Below, piece after piece: positions 9,886-19,013 of a stretch of DNA of 64,000 nucleotides. The DNA is from Candidatus Omnitrophota bacterium (GTDB lineage: Bacteria; Omnitrophota; Gorgyraeia; B26-G9). The notes under the pieces are model-generated. The model was not told the DNA's origin. It did no database searches and was given only the letters and a program-made list of their open reading frames with translations. Both the position numbers and the translations under genes were made by a program. Numbering within the stretch: the stretch's first letter is position 1; each line of letters opens with the position of its first letter. The DNA is taken from NCBI GenBank assembly GCA_018817585.1, contig JAHITE010000081.1, positions 4,549-68,548 on the forward strand. The letters are read 5' to 3'.

Positions 9886-11419
9886 TGTCTTTATCTATTT
9901 TTTGTTTTTTATTGAAATTAAAAAAACCGACAATACCTTTTGCGATAAGCCGGAAACTCATTATCGGATGAATGAAAAATAATTTAAGATATTTTTTAAA
10001 AAACCGAAAAGGATGCCTTAGAAAAACTCTTGTTAAATAAGCATTAAAGTTCTTCTGAATAAAACTTTCAAGTTCATGGCTGGCAAATTCCTCTGTCTGA
10101 AAATAAGAACAATCATAATCCACATCATCAGCCAAAAAATCTTTTTCAATATAACCTTTTCCCTTGCACAGCTCAAACAAATCTGAACCAGGCGTTGGAT
10201 TAGCAATAAAGAAAAAAGCTCCGTCCAAATCCATTTCCTTAGCAAACTCAAAGCTTTTCAACATCTGCTGTTTTGTTTCTCCGGGAAAACCTGAAATAAA
10301 AAAAGCCATTGTCTGAATCTTAAGCTGTTTCATTTTTTTTACCAGCTGTTTTCCCTTATTCAAATCCAATGGTTTGCGAATAATATTTTTCAAAACATCC
10401 TGATCGCCGCTTTCAAAAGCAATGGTCAGTTCATAACAGCCGCTTTGACGCATCAGCTCAAGCATCGGCTCATCCAAAGTCCAAATCGCAATCCCATTAG
10501 GCGTATTCCAATGGATATTAAGTTTGCGGTCAATCAAGCCCTGAAATATGGCTTTAGCTCTTTGTTTATCAAATGTCAGATTGTCATCCGTAAACTGAAT
10601 TTCTTTTATCCCGTATTTTTTAACCAGCATTTCAATTTCATTTAAAACATTCTCCGCGGAACGCGCGCGATATTGATTACCCCAATAATTGCGTGAAGCG
10701 CAGAAAACACATTGGGCGGGACAGCCCCGACTGGTGACCACCGGAGCATTCTTGCGGCTTTTATAAGTAAAGCTGAACGGCACTGCTTTTTTTTCATAAA
10801 ATTTCATGGGCAACAGATCATAAGCCGGAAACGGAAGGCTGTCTAAATCAGCAATAAAATTCTGTTTAGGATTAATAATGATTTTATTATCTTTACGAAA
10901 AGCCAGGCCGTCAATCTGGGTATAATCTTTTCCCTGGTCAAGGGTTTTTAGTAGTTTAGAAAAACTCTCTTCTCCCTCTCCCAGAATTATAAAATCAATT
11001 AAAGCCGCGGATTCCAAGGTATGCTTTGCTAAAAAAGTCGGATGAGAACCGCCAACAACAGTGATTATCTGAGGATTCAATTTCTTAATCTTTTCTGCTA
11101 GTTTAATAACTTCATTAACCTGGCGGGAAAATAAACAAGTTATGCCAACAACCTGAGGCTTAAACTGACTTATCATGGCCACTATTTCTTCCTGTTTATA
11201 GCCGTAATAATCCCACTTACTATTTTTCGGTTTAAATGATTGGAACTTTGCCCGTCCGTCAATTATTTTAACATCAAAATCTTTTCTGATCACAGAAGCC
11301 AGATAAGCCAAACCTAAAGGCACAGAACAATGCTGAAAATTTGCAGCCAGAACTTTACCGGGCGGAGAAACAAGCATTACTTTTTTGATTTTCCTATTTA
11401 ACATTATGAATAACCACAA
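9878..11419 (-). CDS. B12-binding-domain radical SAM protein (class B rSAM), tandem paralog
   Basis: TSRGCPAQCVFCAS motif. The C-terminal FLRHPFRFFKKY parallels FLRNPFKFFQNY in 8395-9885. 513 aa. Confidence 0.8.
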   Translation of the reverse strand: MWLFIMLNRKIKKVMLVSPPGKVLAANFQHCSVPLGLAYLASVIRKDFDVKIIDGRAKFQSFKPKNSKWDYYGYKQEEIVAMISQFKPQVVGITCLFSRQVNEVIKLAEKIKKLNPQIITVVGGSHPTFLAKHTLESAALIDFIILGEGEESFSKLLKTLDQGKDYTQIDGLAFRKDNKIIINPKQNFIADLDSLPFPAYDLLPMKFYEKKAVPFSFTYKSRKNAPVVTSRGCPAQCVFCASRNYWGNQYRARSAENVLNEIEMLVKKYGIKEIQFTDDNLTFDKQRAKAIFQGLIDRKLNIHWNTPNGIAIWTLDEPMLELMRQSGCYELTIAFESGDQDVLKNIIRKPLDLNKGKQLVKKMKQLKIQTMAFFISGFPGETKQQMLKSFEFAKEMDLDGAFFFIANPTPGSDLFELCKGKGYIEKDFLADDVDYDCSYFQTEEFASHELESFIQKNFNAYLTRVFLRHPFRFFKKYLKLFFIHPIMSFRLIAKGIVGFFNFNKKQKIDKDND

Positions 11420-11558
11420 TTTTCAATATTTTAGATTAATGTTCAAGATTATAATTACCAATATGATATATGTTTACAATTCTAACACAATCTTTTTGAT
11501 TACACAAACTGGTTTATTTGACTTTATTGATTAGTTATGCTAAAGTACGATTACAAAA

Positions 11559-12974
11559 ATGAATATCGCGCTAATCCGTCCCCCAAAAATTACCGGAGCA
11601 TTTGAAAAAATCCTGATTCAGGAACCGATAAATCTTGTTTATTTAGCTGCTTTTTTAAATGCCAACGGATTTAATACTGTGATTTGGGATTTTGAAGTTG
11701 AGCAATTTTCCCAGCAAATTATAGCGCGAAGAATTGCTGACAATAATATTTCAATTGCCGGCATTACTTCCATGACTCCAACAATCAATAACGCGCATAA
11801 TATCGCTAATTTAATTAAACTCATAAATCCCGCGATTGTAACTATTGCCGGCGGAGCACATGTTTCCGCAATCCCCGAGCAGAGTTTAAACGAATTTCCG
11901 GGATTTGATTATCTGGTTTTGCGCGAAGGTGAAATCGCTTTGCTCAAACTCTGCCAAAGCATCAGAGATAAAAAGTCAGCTGATAAAATCAGCGGCCTGG
12001 CTTTTTTAAAGAACAAACAAGCGGTGATAAATCATCCAGCGGAAGAAATTGAGGATTTAGACAGCCTGCCCTTTCCAGACCGGAAGCTTTTAAACCGCGA
12101 TTTATACAAAAACATGTACGCCGCCGGAATTAACATCAGCAATAAACGCGCGACTGTTGTCTTTACTTCCCGCGGCTGTTCTCAAGACTGCACATTCTGT
12201 GCTGTTAAAAAAACCAGCGGCCCTAAAGTCAGATTCCGCAGCGCGGAAAATGTTATTGCTGAATTAAAGCAATGCAAAGACATGGGCTATAATCATATTA
12301 CTTTTGAAGATACCAATTTAACCTTAAATCAGCAAAGATTTATTCAAATCTGCAATGGCTTAAAAATATTGGGATTGACTTGGGATTGTCAGACAAAAGT
12401 CAACATGGTCAACAAACAGCTAATATCTCTGATGAAAGACTGCGGCTGTTTAAAAATTGCTTACGGTGTTGAATCCGGCAGTCCTAAGATCTTAAAACTG
12501 ATGAAGAAAAACATTACGCTTGAGCAGATAAAACAAGCATTTGAACTTACGCATCAAGCCGGAATTGTTACCTGTGCTTTCTTTATCTTAGGTTCGCATC
12601 CTGAAGAAACAGCCCAAGACATTAAACTGACTGAGCAAATAATAAAAAAAATCAAACCTGATGTATTTCAGCTAGGAATTATCTGTCCCTACCCCGGCAC
12701 AGAAATTTATGATATTATGCAGGAATACGGTTTAATCAAAGACATTGACTGGAATAAATTTAATTTCATGCATTCTGTTCCGCCCTGGGGCACAAAACAT
12801 TTAACAGCCCAACAATTAGTCAAATTTCAAAAACAAATCTATACCCGTTATTTATTCAGCTGGCATTTTATCGGTTTTTTCTGCAGAAAGATGCTCAATC
12901 CCAAACAACTGCCGCAACTATGCAAGCTCTCATTTTACATGCTAAAGTATTTGCTTTTTGAGAAAAGGAATTAA
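11559..12974 (+). CDS. B12-binding-domain radical SAM protein (class B rSAM)
   Basis: TSRGCSQDCTFCAV motif. Divergently transcribed from 9878-11419. Upstream -35 TTGACT, 17-nt spacer, -10 TAAAGT. 471 aa. Confidence 0.8.
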   Translation: MNIALIRPPKITGAFEKILIQEPINLVYLAAFLNANGFNTVIWDFEVEQFSQQIIARRIADNNISIAGITSMTPTINNAHNIANLIKLINPAIVTIAGGAHVSAIPEQSLNEFPGFDYLVLREGEIALLKLCQSIRDKKSADKISGLAFLKNKQAVINHPAEEIEDLDSLPFPDRKLLNRDLYKNMYAAGINISNKRATVVFTSRGCSQDCTFCAVKKTSGPKVRFRSAENVIAELKQCKDMGYNHITFEDTNLTLNQQRFIQICNGLKILGLTWDCQTKVNMVNKQLISLMKDCGCLKIAYGVESGSPKILKLMKKNITLEQIKQAFELTHQAGIVTCAFFILGSHPEETAQDIKLTEQIIKKIKPDVFQLGIICPYPGTEIYDIMQEYGLIKDIDWNKFNFMHSVPPWGTKHLTAQQLVKFQKQIYTRYLFSWHFIGFFCRKMLNPKQLPQLCKLSFYMLKYLLFEKRN

Positions 12975-12985
12975 TTCTTAGCAAA

Positions 12986-13175
12986 GGACACAAGGTCACC
13001 AGGATCACAATGTCACCAGGTTAAAATCTTTAATAGAATTCCTAGTGAAATCCGCTTTTTTTAAGTTCTAAAATATTCTCGAATTTTTATCATAAGTTTT
13101 GGCAACTTGTAACTTTTCTTGCTTTATGCTTTTTCCTTGTGACCTTGTGTGCTTGTGACCTGGTATCCTTGTGTC
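12986..13175. repeat. Degenerate inverted-repeat element built from GGTCACCAGG / CAAGGTCAC units, between convergent genes. Possible bidirectional terminator or REP-like element.
   Basis: Arm 12986-13021 (ggacacaaggtcaccaggatcacaatgtcaccaggt) is an imperfect reverse complement of arm 13135-13175. The same core motif recurs at 41370-41395. Confidence 0.5.
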
Positions 13176-13180
13176 TGTTT

Positions 13181-13930
13181 TTACCTTCTTAACTTTTCTT
13201 TTACAATTAATTTCAAATATCCAAAAATTGTATCAAACACCTTCATCTTGCTTTTGCCAGTGCGCAAATCAAACCGAAGAGTAAGCGGCACTTCGCTGAT
13301 ATTAGGATTAAATCTGCGCAGTTTGATCAGAATTTCCGCCATGCAGGCAAAACCACCCTGCTCAATAAAACTATCCTGATAAACCTCCTCTGCTTTTTGC
13401 AGCAGCCCTATTTTATAAGCTCGAAAAAAAGTCGAGTAATCTCTTGCTCCTTGGATTCCAAAACAAACTTTCAAGAACCAGTTAATAGCATCGCTCATAA
13501 TCAGCCGGATAAACGGCAGATTCACGGTTGTGCTCTGGGCATGGTATCTTGAAGCAATCGCCAGATCGCAGCCGGAATTTATAGCATCAATCATCCGCGG
13601 TAAAACATTTGCCGGGTGAGTCTGATCACAATCCATAGAGATAAGAATATCCTCAGGCTGAGCTTTAGCGCAAAGAGTTTTAATCCCCTGCCGAAATACC
13701 TGCCCTACTCCCTGATTCTGGACAAAAGAAATTAATTCCAGAGGAAATTTTTGGATATTCGCTGAGACAATCTCAGCGGTATTATCAGTGCTGCCGTCAT
13801 TAACCACCAATATCCTGAATTGTTTTTTTGCCTGAGTTAAAACAGCGGCTATATTGCTCACTATTTGTTCAATGTTTTTCGCTTCATTAAATGCCGGCAG
13901 CAGAATGTAAACCATTATTTCCCTTTCCAA
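13181..13930 (-). CDS. Family 2 glycosyltransferase, polyprenyl-phosphate sugar transferase-like (DPM1/ArnC-like)
   Basis: LLPAFNEAKNIEQIV...LVVNDGSTDNTAEI GT-A signature; DCDQTHP motif; 249 aa. Confidence 0.75.
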   Translation of the reverse strand: MEREIMVYILLPAFNEAKNIEQIVSNIAAVLTQAKKQFRILVVNDGSTDNTAEIVSANIQKFPLELISFVQNQGVGQVFRQGIKTLCAKAQPEDILISMDCDQTHPANVLPRMIDAINSGCDLAIASRYHAQSTTVNLPFIRLIMSDAINWFLKVCFGIQGARDYSTFFRAYKIGLLQKAEEVYQDSFIEQGGFACMAEILIKLRRFNPNISEVPLTLRFDLRTGKSKMKVFDTIFGYLKLIVKEKLRR

Positions 13931-14813
13931 TTAAGATTAAATCCTCGGTTGTCATTACCTGTGAATGAACAGCGAGTTTTTTAACTATCTGCTCACAAAT
14001 CAGCTGTCTTTTGGTTAAGGACTTAAACCCTGGTAATCTTACGGAATAAGCCTCCAGGTCCAGCAGATCAATAGCGTGAAAAACATAATGCAGGGTTAAT
14101 TTATTTTTCAAGCAAAAATTAAACCCTGAATCAAACAAAAATTTACCTAGCGTAAAAACATAGGTACTATGCATCGGAAAACGCAAAACATTGCTGACAC
14201 TGACCGGAACCTCTTTAATTTTCATTGCTCCGGGGTTTGCCATATTCTGTTTATCCGGATGATAAATTCCGCGGGGAGCCTTGCCCCAGCGAATATTGCC
14301 GCAGTTGATCCACAATAGCTTTAATTTTAACAGAGAATGCGCTGTACTCATCAGCCAGGGAAAAACCGCGGAAGGCATAAGCGAAGCATCATACTTATAA
14401 CCCAGGTCTTCCAGTAAACATAATACCTGTTCATTAATGCAGAACATCGGCGCGCGAAAACCAACCGGATCTTTAGACATAAGCGCTTTAAGCAAATTAT
14501 GCGCTAAAACAATTTCCTGTTTTATTTCAGTCAAACTCAGGTCAGCAAAATCCGGCAGATGATTCATACTGTGATTGGCGATTTCATGCCCTTGATCGAT
14601 TATGGTTTTAATATACTTGATTTGTTTATGATTCTCCGCGTCTTTGCCAATAACAAAAAACGTGGCTTTTACTTTGTACTTGGCAAACAGATCGAGAAAA
14701 GACTGCAGACTTTGTGAATATACCGGGTCAACCGGATATTCAGACATTTGTTTATACCGATAGCGATCATATGTCCATAAACTGTCTAAATCGACTTGGA
14801 TTGTTGAAAGCAT
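13887..14813 (-). CDS. NodB-family polysaccharide deacetylase / deformylase (ArnD-like)
   Basis: HEIANHSMNH motif of the NodB homology domain; 308 aa. Confidence 0.7.
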   Translation of the reverse strand: MLSTIQVDLDSLWTYDRYRYKQMSEYPVDPVYSQSLQSFLDLFAKYKVKATFFVIGKDAENHKQIKYIKTIIDQGHEIANHSMNHLPDFADLSLTEIKQEIVLAHNLLKALMSKDPVGFRAPMFCINEQVLCLLEDLGYKYDASLMPSAVFPWLMSTAHSLLKLKLLWINCGNIRWGKAPRGIYHPDKQNMANPGAMKIKEVPVSVSNVLRFPMHSTYVFTLGKFLFDSGFNFCLKNKLTLHYVFHAIDLLDLEAYSVRLPGFKSLTKRQLICEQIVKKLAVHSQVMTTEDLILIGKGNNGLHSAAGI

Positions 14814-14825
14814 AATTCTCTCAGA

Positions 14826-16070
14826 TTAAACTTTAAATTCTTTTTTAATTCTCTGTCTGATTATCGCGCTTTTTATCAGCGAAGTATTGATAGTTTTTAA
14901 AAGCTGCGGCAAATACATTAAATCCGGAAGATATAAGCCATTAAACGATTCTACCGCGCCGTAAAGTTTAGCCACAAATTTCTGGGTGAATACCGGTTCA
15001 ACATTGAGATCATAATGAAAAGTTTTTTGCCTGATCCATTGCTGATTAAATTCCGGATTTATCTTTTTTAAAGAATCACAGCAGGCATTAAACATCTCCT
15101 GCTCGAGCTGCGGCGTAACAGATTGATTGCGCAGATAAAAAGTAAAATATGTCCGATTTTCATTGTTCAGCGGCTGAGTATTAACCACTACATGCCTTTT
15201 TTCCCGCTGATCATCAACCAGACAAATCCAGCATTTTTGATTAAGCGGTTTATTCAGATCCAATACCCAAGACCCGACACTAAGGTATTCCGACACATAA
15301 AATCCCGGATTACCGACAAACAAAGCCGCGGCATCAGTCAAAGAAATACAGGCAATAACCAGATCATATTCTTCCGCTCCGGTATCTAAAATCACCTGCC
15401 ATTTATTTTGCCCATCGCGCGTTATTTTTTTAACTTTTGAATTCAGCCAGATATGAGTTTTATTTTTATGCAGCCTGTCTCGTAAAGCGATTAGCAGAGT
15501 ATGCATTCCACCCTGAAGCGTGCCAATAATATTATTTTTTCTTTCTTTAAGCCGCGCCTTTAAATACATGGCGCTGATATCGTCTGTTTGCTGAGTTTTA
15601 AAATTAAGCAAAGGCTTAAATAAAAGATTAAACGCGGCAATCCCGCATTGTTCAATAATCCACTCTTCAGCATTTTTATCATTTAGTTCAATATTCATTT
15701 TTGAAAAAAGATTTTCTGCTAAAAATTTTCCGGTTTTAAGTTTGTCGATAATGCTGAGACTCTTGATCGCGAATAAATCACAGGGATTGCTTAAATCCTG
15801 GAGCTGGTCATTAATAAACAAACATTGCCCTGATTTCGCCCAAGAAACCTTTCGATTTATTCCCAGCTCTGAAAACAACTCCATCAATTCTTTATCCGAC
15901 TTGGAAAAGAAATGATTGTATTTATCAATATATTTGCCGTCTGATTCAAACCCGGAGCATAATCCGCCGATCTGCTTGGTTTGCTCATAAACAGTTACTT
16001 GATGTTTTGCTGATAATTTATACGCGTTTACTAGACCGCTGATTCCGGCTCCGATTATAGCTATCTTCAC
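14826..16070 (-). CDS. FAD/NAD(P)-binding oxidoreductase (amine-oxidase / phytoene-desaturase-like fold)
   Basis: MKIAIIGAGISGLVNAYKL...VYEQTKQIGGLCSG dinucleotide-binding motifs; 414 aa. Confidence 0.65.
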   Translation of the reverse strand: MKIAIIGAGISGLVNAYKLSAKHQVTVYEQTKQIGGLCSGFESDGKYIDKYNHFFSKSDKELMELFSELGINRKVSWAKSGQCLFINDQLQDLSNPCDLFAIKSLSIIDKLKTGKFLAENLFSKMNIELNDKNAEEWIIEQCGIAAFNLLFKPLLNFKTQQTDDISAMYLKARLKERKNNIIGTLQGGMHTLLIALRDRLHKNKTHIWLNSKVKKITRDGQNKWQVILDTGAEEYDLVIACISLTDAAALFVGNPGFYVSEYLSVGSWVLDLNKPLNQKCWICLVDDQREKRHVVVNTQPLNNENRTYFTFYLRNQSVTPQLEQEMFNACCDSLKKINPEFNQQWIRQKTFHYDLNVEPVFTQKFVAKLYGAVESFNGLYLPDLMYLPQLLKTINTSLIKSAIIRQRIKKEFKV

Positions 16071-16072
16071 AA

Positions 16073-17509
16073 TTACTTAGACTCCTTTAAGATTTTAGAC
16101 ACTTTCAGGCTATTAGCCCCTTTTATTACTGAATACCCCATTTTACAAATTGCTTTTATCTTTTCAAGACTATTTAATTTCTTAATCTGCTGCCAAATAT
16201 ACTTGGGCCGCAAATAAAACTTTTTCAAGGCATAATCACGCAGCTGCCAGATTTCTTGTCTGCTCAAGATTTGATTATCAATAACCGGATACATTGTCCG
16301 GTCAAAGTTTTTAATACTAGAGATTAAAGGATCCATTGCTTCTAATTGTTTACGCAATAGCGATCCATAATCCGGAACATACACTGAAAATGCCGCATAA
16401 TCACAATTAAGCTCACAGGCAAAATTAATACTCTTTTTAATGCTTTGGGCATCTTCACCAGGCAAACCAATAATAAAGAAACCAATTGTTTCCAGTGCCA
16501 ACTGTTTACAAATCAAAAAACAGCGCCTAACCTGCTGATTACTGATCGGTTTAGCCATTTTTTTCAGCAATTGCTCATTCTGGGTCTCAATTCCAAACTG
16601 AATTGTATGCGCTCCGGCTTTTTTCATTAAGATTGCCGTATCAATATCAAAACAATCTACTCGGGTCAAGCAATCCCAGCTCAGGCGAAGATCAGCATCA
16701 AGCATTGCCTGACAAAGCTTTCGCGCGTGCTCTTGATCAGCAGTAAAGGTGAAATCCGGAAAATGCACCTCAGATATACCCAAAGCTTTGATTGCTTTTA
16801 GCTCAAGAATAATATTATCAATATTTCTTAATTTAAAGCCAATCGAACCGCTGGAACAATAAGTACAACCATATTTACAGCCATAAGAAATCAAACAACA
16901 GGTAAAAGGCCTTTTTCTGGCTTGCGGCAGATAATATTTATCCAACGCGAAAAGTTCATGTCTGGGTACAGGATAAGAAAAACCAGTGTTTAGTTCAAGA
17001 ACATCGCATTGCTCAATAATCTGCTTATTTGCTTTAGCGCAAAGACCTTGATACGGCCCTGGCTTTTCCCGTAAATAATCAACAATCCCGAATTTTATAT
17101 AATCAATAATTACAGCATCAATAAAATCATGCTGTTTTAGATATTTTTTCGAATTATCCCGAGTAAAACCGGCATTTATAACAATAATTGTTTTACTCCG
17201 CGCTTTGATTGCTTTAAACAGCGCGAAATCCTCATCCATGCTCGCGCTGGAACTAAGGCTGATCAAAGCATAATAAGAACTGCTGATGATTTTTTCAATT
17301 AGTGTTTTTTCATCTACGGCCTCAGCAATAGCATCACATACCTCAAGCTCAAAATGCTCAGATAAAATACCACTTAAAACCAGTAAATCCACAGCCGGCC
17401 AATAATAATCCGCTTTTGTTGCCGAGCTGCAATACTGATCCCGAAGAAATTTTCGGCTGCCTGGAGGATTTAACAGCAATATTTTTTTCATTTTGGCATA
17501 GTATAGCAT
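16073..17509 (-). CDS. B12-binding-domain radical SAM protein (class B rSAM)
   Basis: ISYGCKYGCTYCSS CxxxCxxC motif; N-terminal B12-binding-like region; 478 aa. First gene of the minus-strand sub-operon, ending 2 bp before the FAD oxidoreductase. Confidence 0.75.
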   Translation of the reverse strand: MLYYAKMKKILLLNPPGSRKFLRDQYCSSATKADYYWPAVDLLVLSGILSEHFELEVCDAIAEAVDEKTLIEKIISSSYYALISLSSSASMDEDFALFKAIKARSKTIIVINAGFTRDNSKKYLKQHDFIDAVIIDYIKFGIVDYLREKPGPYQGLCAKANKQIIEQCDVLELNTGFSYPVPRHELFALDKYYLPQARKRPFTCCLISYGCKYGCTYCSSGSIGFKLRNIDNIILELKAIKALGISEVHFPDFTFTADQEHARKLCQAMLDADLRLSWDCLTRVDCFDIDTAILMKKAGAHTIQFGIETQNEQLLKKMAKPISNQQVRRCFLICKQLALETIGFFIIGLPGEDAQSIKKSINFACELNCDYAAFSVYVPDYGSLLRKQLEAMDPLISSIKNFDRTMYPVIDNQILSRQEIWQLRDYALKKFYLRPKYIWQQIKKLNSLEKIKAICKMGYSVIKGANSLKVSKILKESK

Positions 17510-17582
17510 ATTTTCACTCTTGATTCAAATTTTGTTTGCAAAACGTAACTTGATTAAAACAATAAGTTAATATATAATTAGC

Positions 17583-19013
17583 TTGGAGGAACTAATGCCC
17601 TTACAACAAAAACTGTTTCAAAAACAAGTTCAAAAAATGATCATGTCTGCAAAAATGCAGCAGTCCATGCATATTTTACAGTTAAATGTTGTTGAGATTG
17701 ATCAATTAATCGCTGAGGAAATGGCTGTAAATCCTGTATTGGAAGACACATCCCTTCAGGAATCCAGCGATGTAAACAAAGAAGTCACCGAAAGCTCTAC
17801 CGAAGATCTGCCCAAAATCCGCGATCAGGAAAATATCAGCCTGGAACCAGATTGGCTGGACAATGATAATGTCTGGTTTTCTGACTTTTTTGACCGGGGA
17901 AAAATTTCCCAGTCAATTGAAAAACATAATTTCCAGGAAACCATGATTACCAGTACTTCTTCTTTGCAGGATGAATTAATGCAGCAGTTTCGGATCATGG
18001 CGGAAAACGATGAGGATTTATTAATCGCGGAGCACATAATCGGTAATATCGCGGAAAACGGATATCTCGTAACCAGTGTTGAGGAAATCAGCCAGGCAAA
18101 TAGTTTTTCCTTAGATAAAGTTAATCAAGTGCTATCAATTATTCAGGGCCTGGAACCCGCTGGGATTGGAGCCAGAGATTTAAGAGAATGTCTGCTTATT
18201 CAGCTCAAACGCCAGGGTAAGGAAAATTCTATTGAATCCATGATCGTGGAAAAATACCTCAAGGAACTAGCAGCAAAAAAATACAGTTTGATCAGCAGTG
18301 AATTAAAATTACCCCTGCCTCAGGTCAAAAAATACGCGCTAAGAATTAGCGCGCTTGATCCCAAGCCTTGCCGCGGCTTTGCCGCTGAGGCCTTGAGCAT
18401 TGTCCCGGATGTTATTCTGGAAAAAGCAGCTGATAGATACGAAGTGATTATTAATTCTAAAAACTTACCCAAGCTTTCGATTAGTCAGCTTTATAAAAAA
18501 ATGCTCAAAGAGAAAAAATGTGAAAAAGAAGCTTTAGCCTTTATCCGGGAAAAACTGCAGAACGCGCAGAATCTGATCAATGGTTTAAGCCAAAGAGAAC
18601 AAACGCTTGAGCGTGTATCAAAATGCATTATTGAATATCAGCAGGAATTTATTGAAAAAGGAGTGTCAAATCTAAAGCCTCTGACGCTGAAAGAAGTCGC
18701 GGAAAAACTGGAAGTCCATCCTTCGACAATCAGCAGAACCGTGGCTAATAAATACATGCAGACTCCTTATGGAACGTTTGCTTTAAAAAAATTCTTTTCC
18801 CAGGCAATCAGCACTGAACAAGGTTCGCTTTCCAATCAAAACATCAAAGCCGCGATTGATGAATTAGTAAAAACCGAACCCGCGGGTAAGCCATTAAGCG
18901 ATCAGGAAATTGTAAGTTTACTCGCGGAAAAAGGAATGCCGATTTCCCGCAGAACCGTAACCAAATACCGCAATGCTTTAAAAATTCCCGCGGCGCATTT
19001 ACGGCGAAAATAA
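17583..19013 (+). CDS. rpoN: RNA polymerase sigma-54 factor
   Basis: Gln/Leu-rich region I at the N-terminus. C-terminal RpoN box ISRRTVTKYRNALKIP. HTH motif VAEKLEVHPSTISR. 476 aa. Confidence 0.9.
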   Translation: MEELMPLQQKLFQKQVQKMIMSAKMQQSMHILQLNVVEIDQLIAEEMAVNPVLEDTSLQESSDVNKEVTESSTEDLPKIRDQENISLEPDWLDNDNVWFSDFFDRGKISQSIEKHNFQETMITSTSSLQDELMQQFRIMAENDEDLLIAEHIIGNIAENGYLVTSVEEISQANSFSLDKVNQVLSIIQGLEPAGIGARDLRECLLIQLKRQGKENSIESMIVEKYLKELAAKKYSLISSELKLPLPQVKKYALRISALDPKPCRGFAAEALSIVPDVILEKAADRYEVIINSKNLPKLSISQLYKKMLKEKKCEKEALAFIREKLQNAQNLINGLSQREQTLERVSKCIIEYQQEFIEKGVSNLKPLTLKEVAEKLEVHPSTISRTVANKYMQTPYGTFALKKFFSQAISTEQGSLSNQNIKAAIDELVKTEPAGKPLSDQEIVSLLAEKGMPISRRTVTKYRNALKIPAAHLRRK

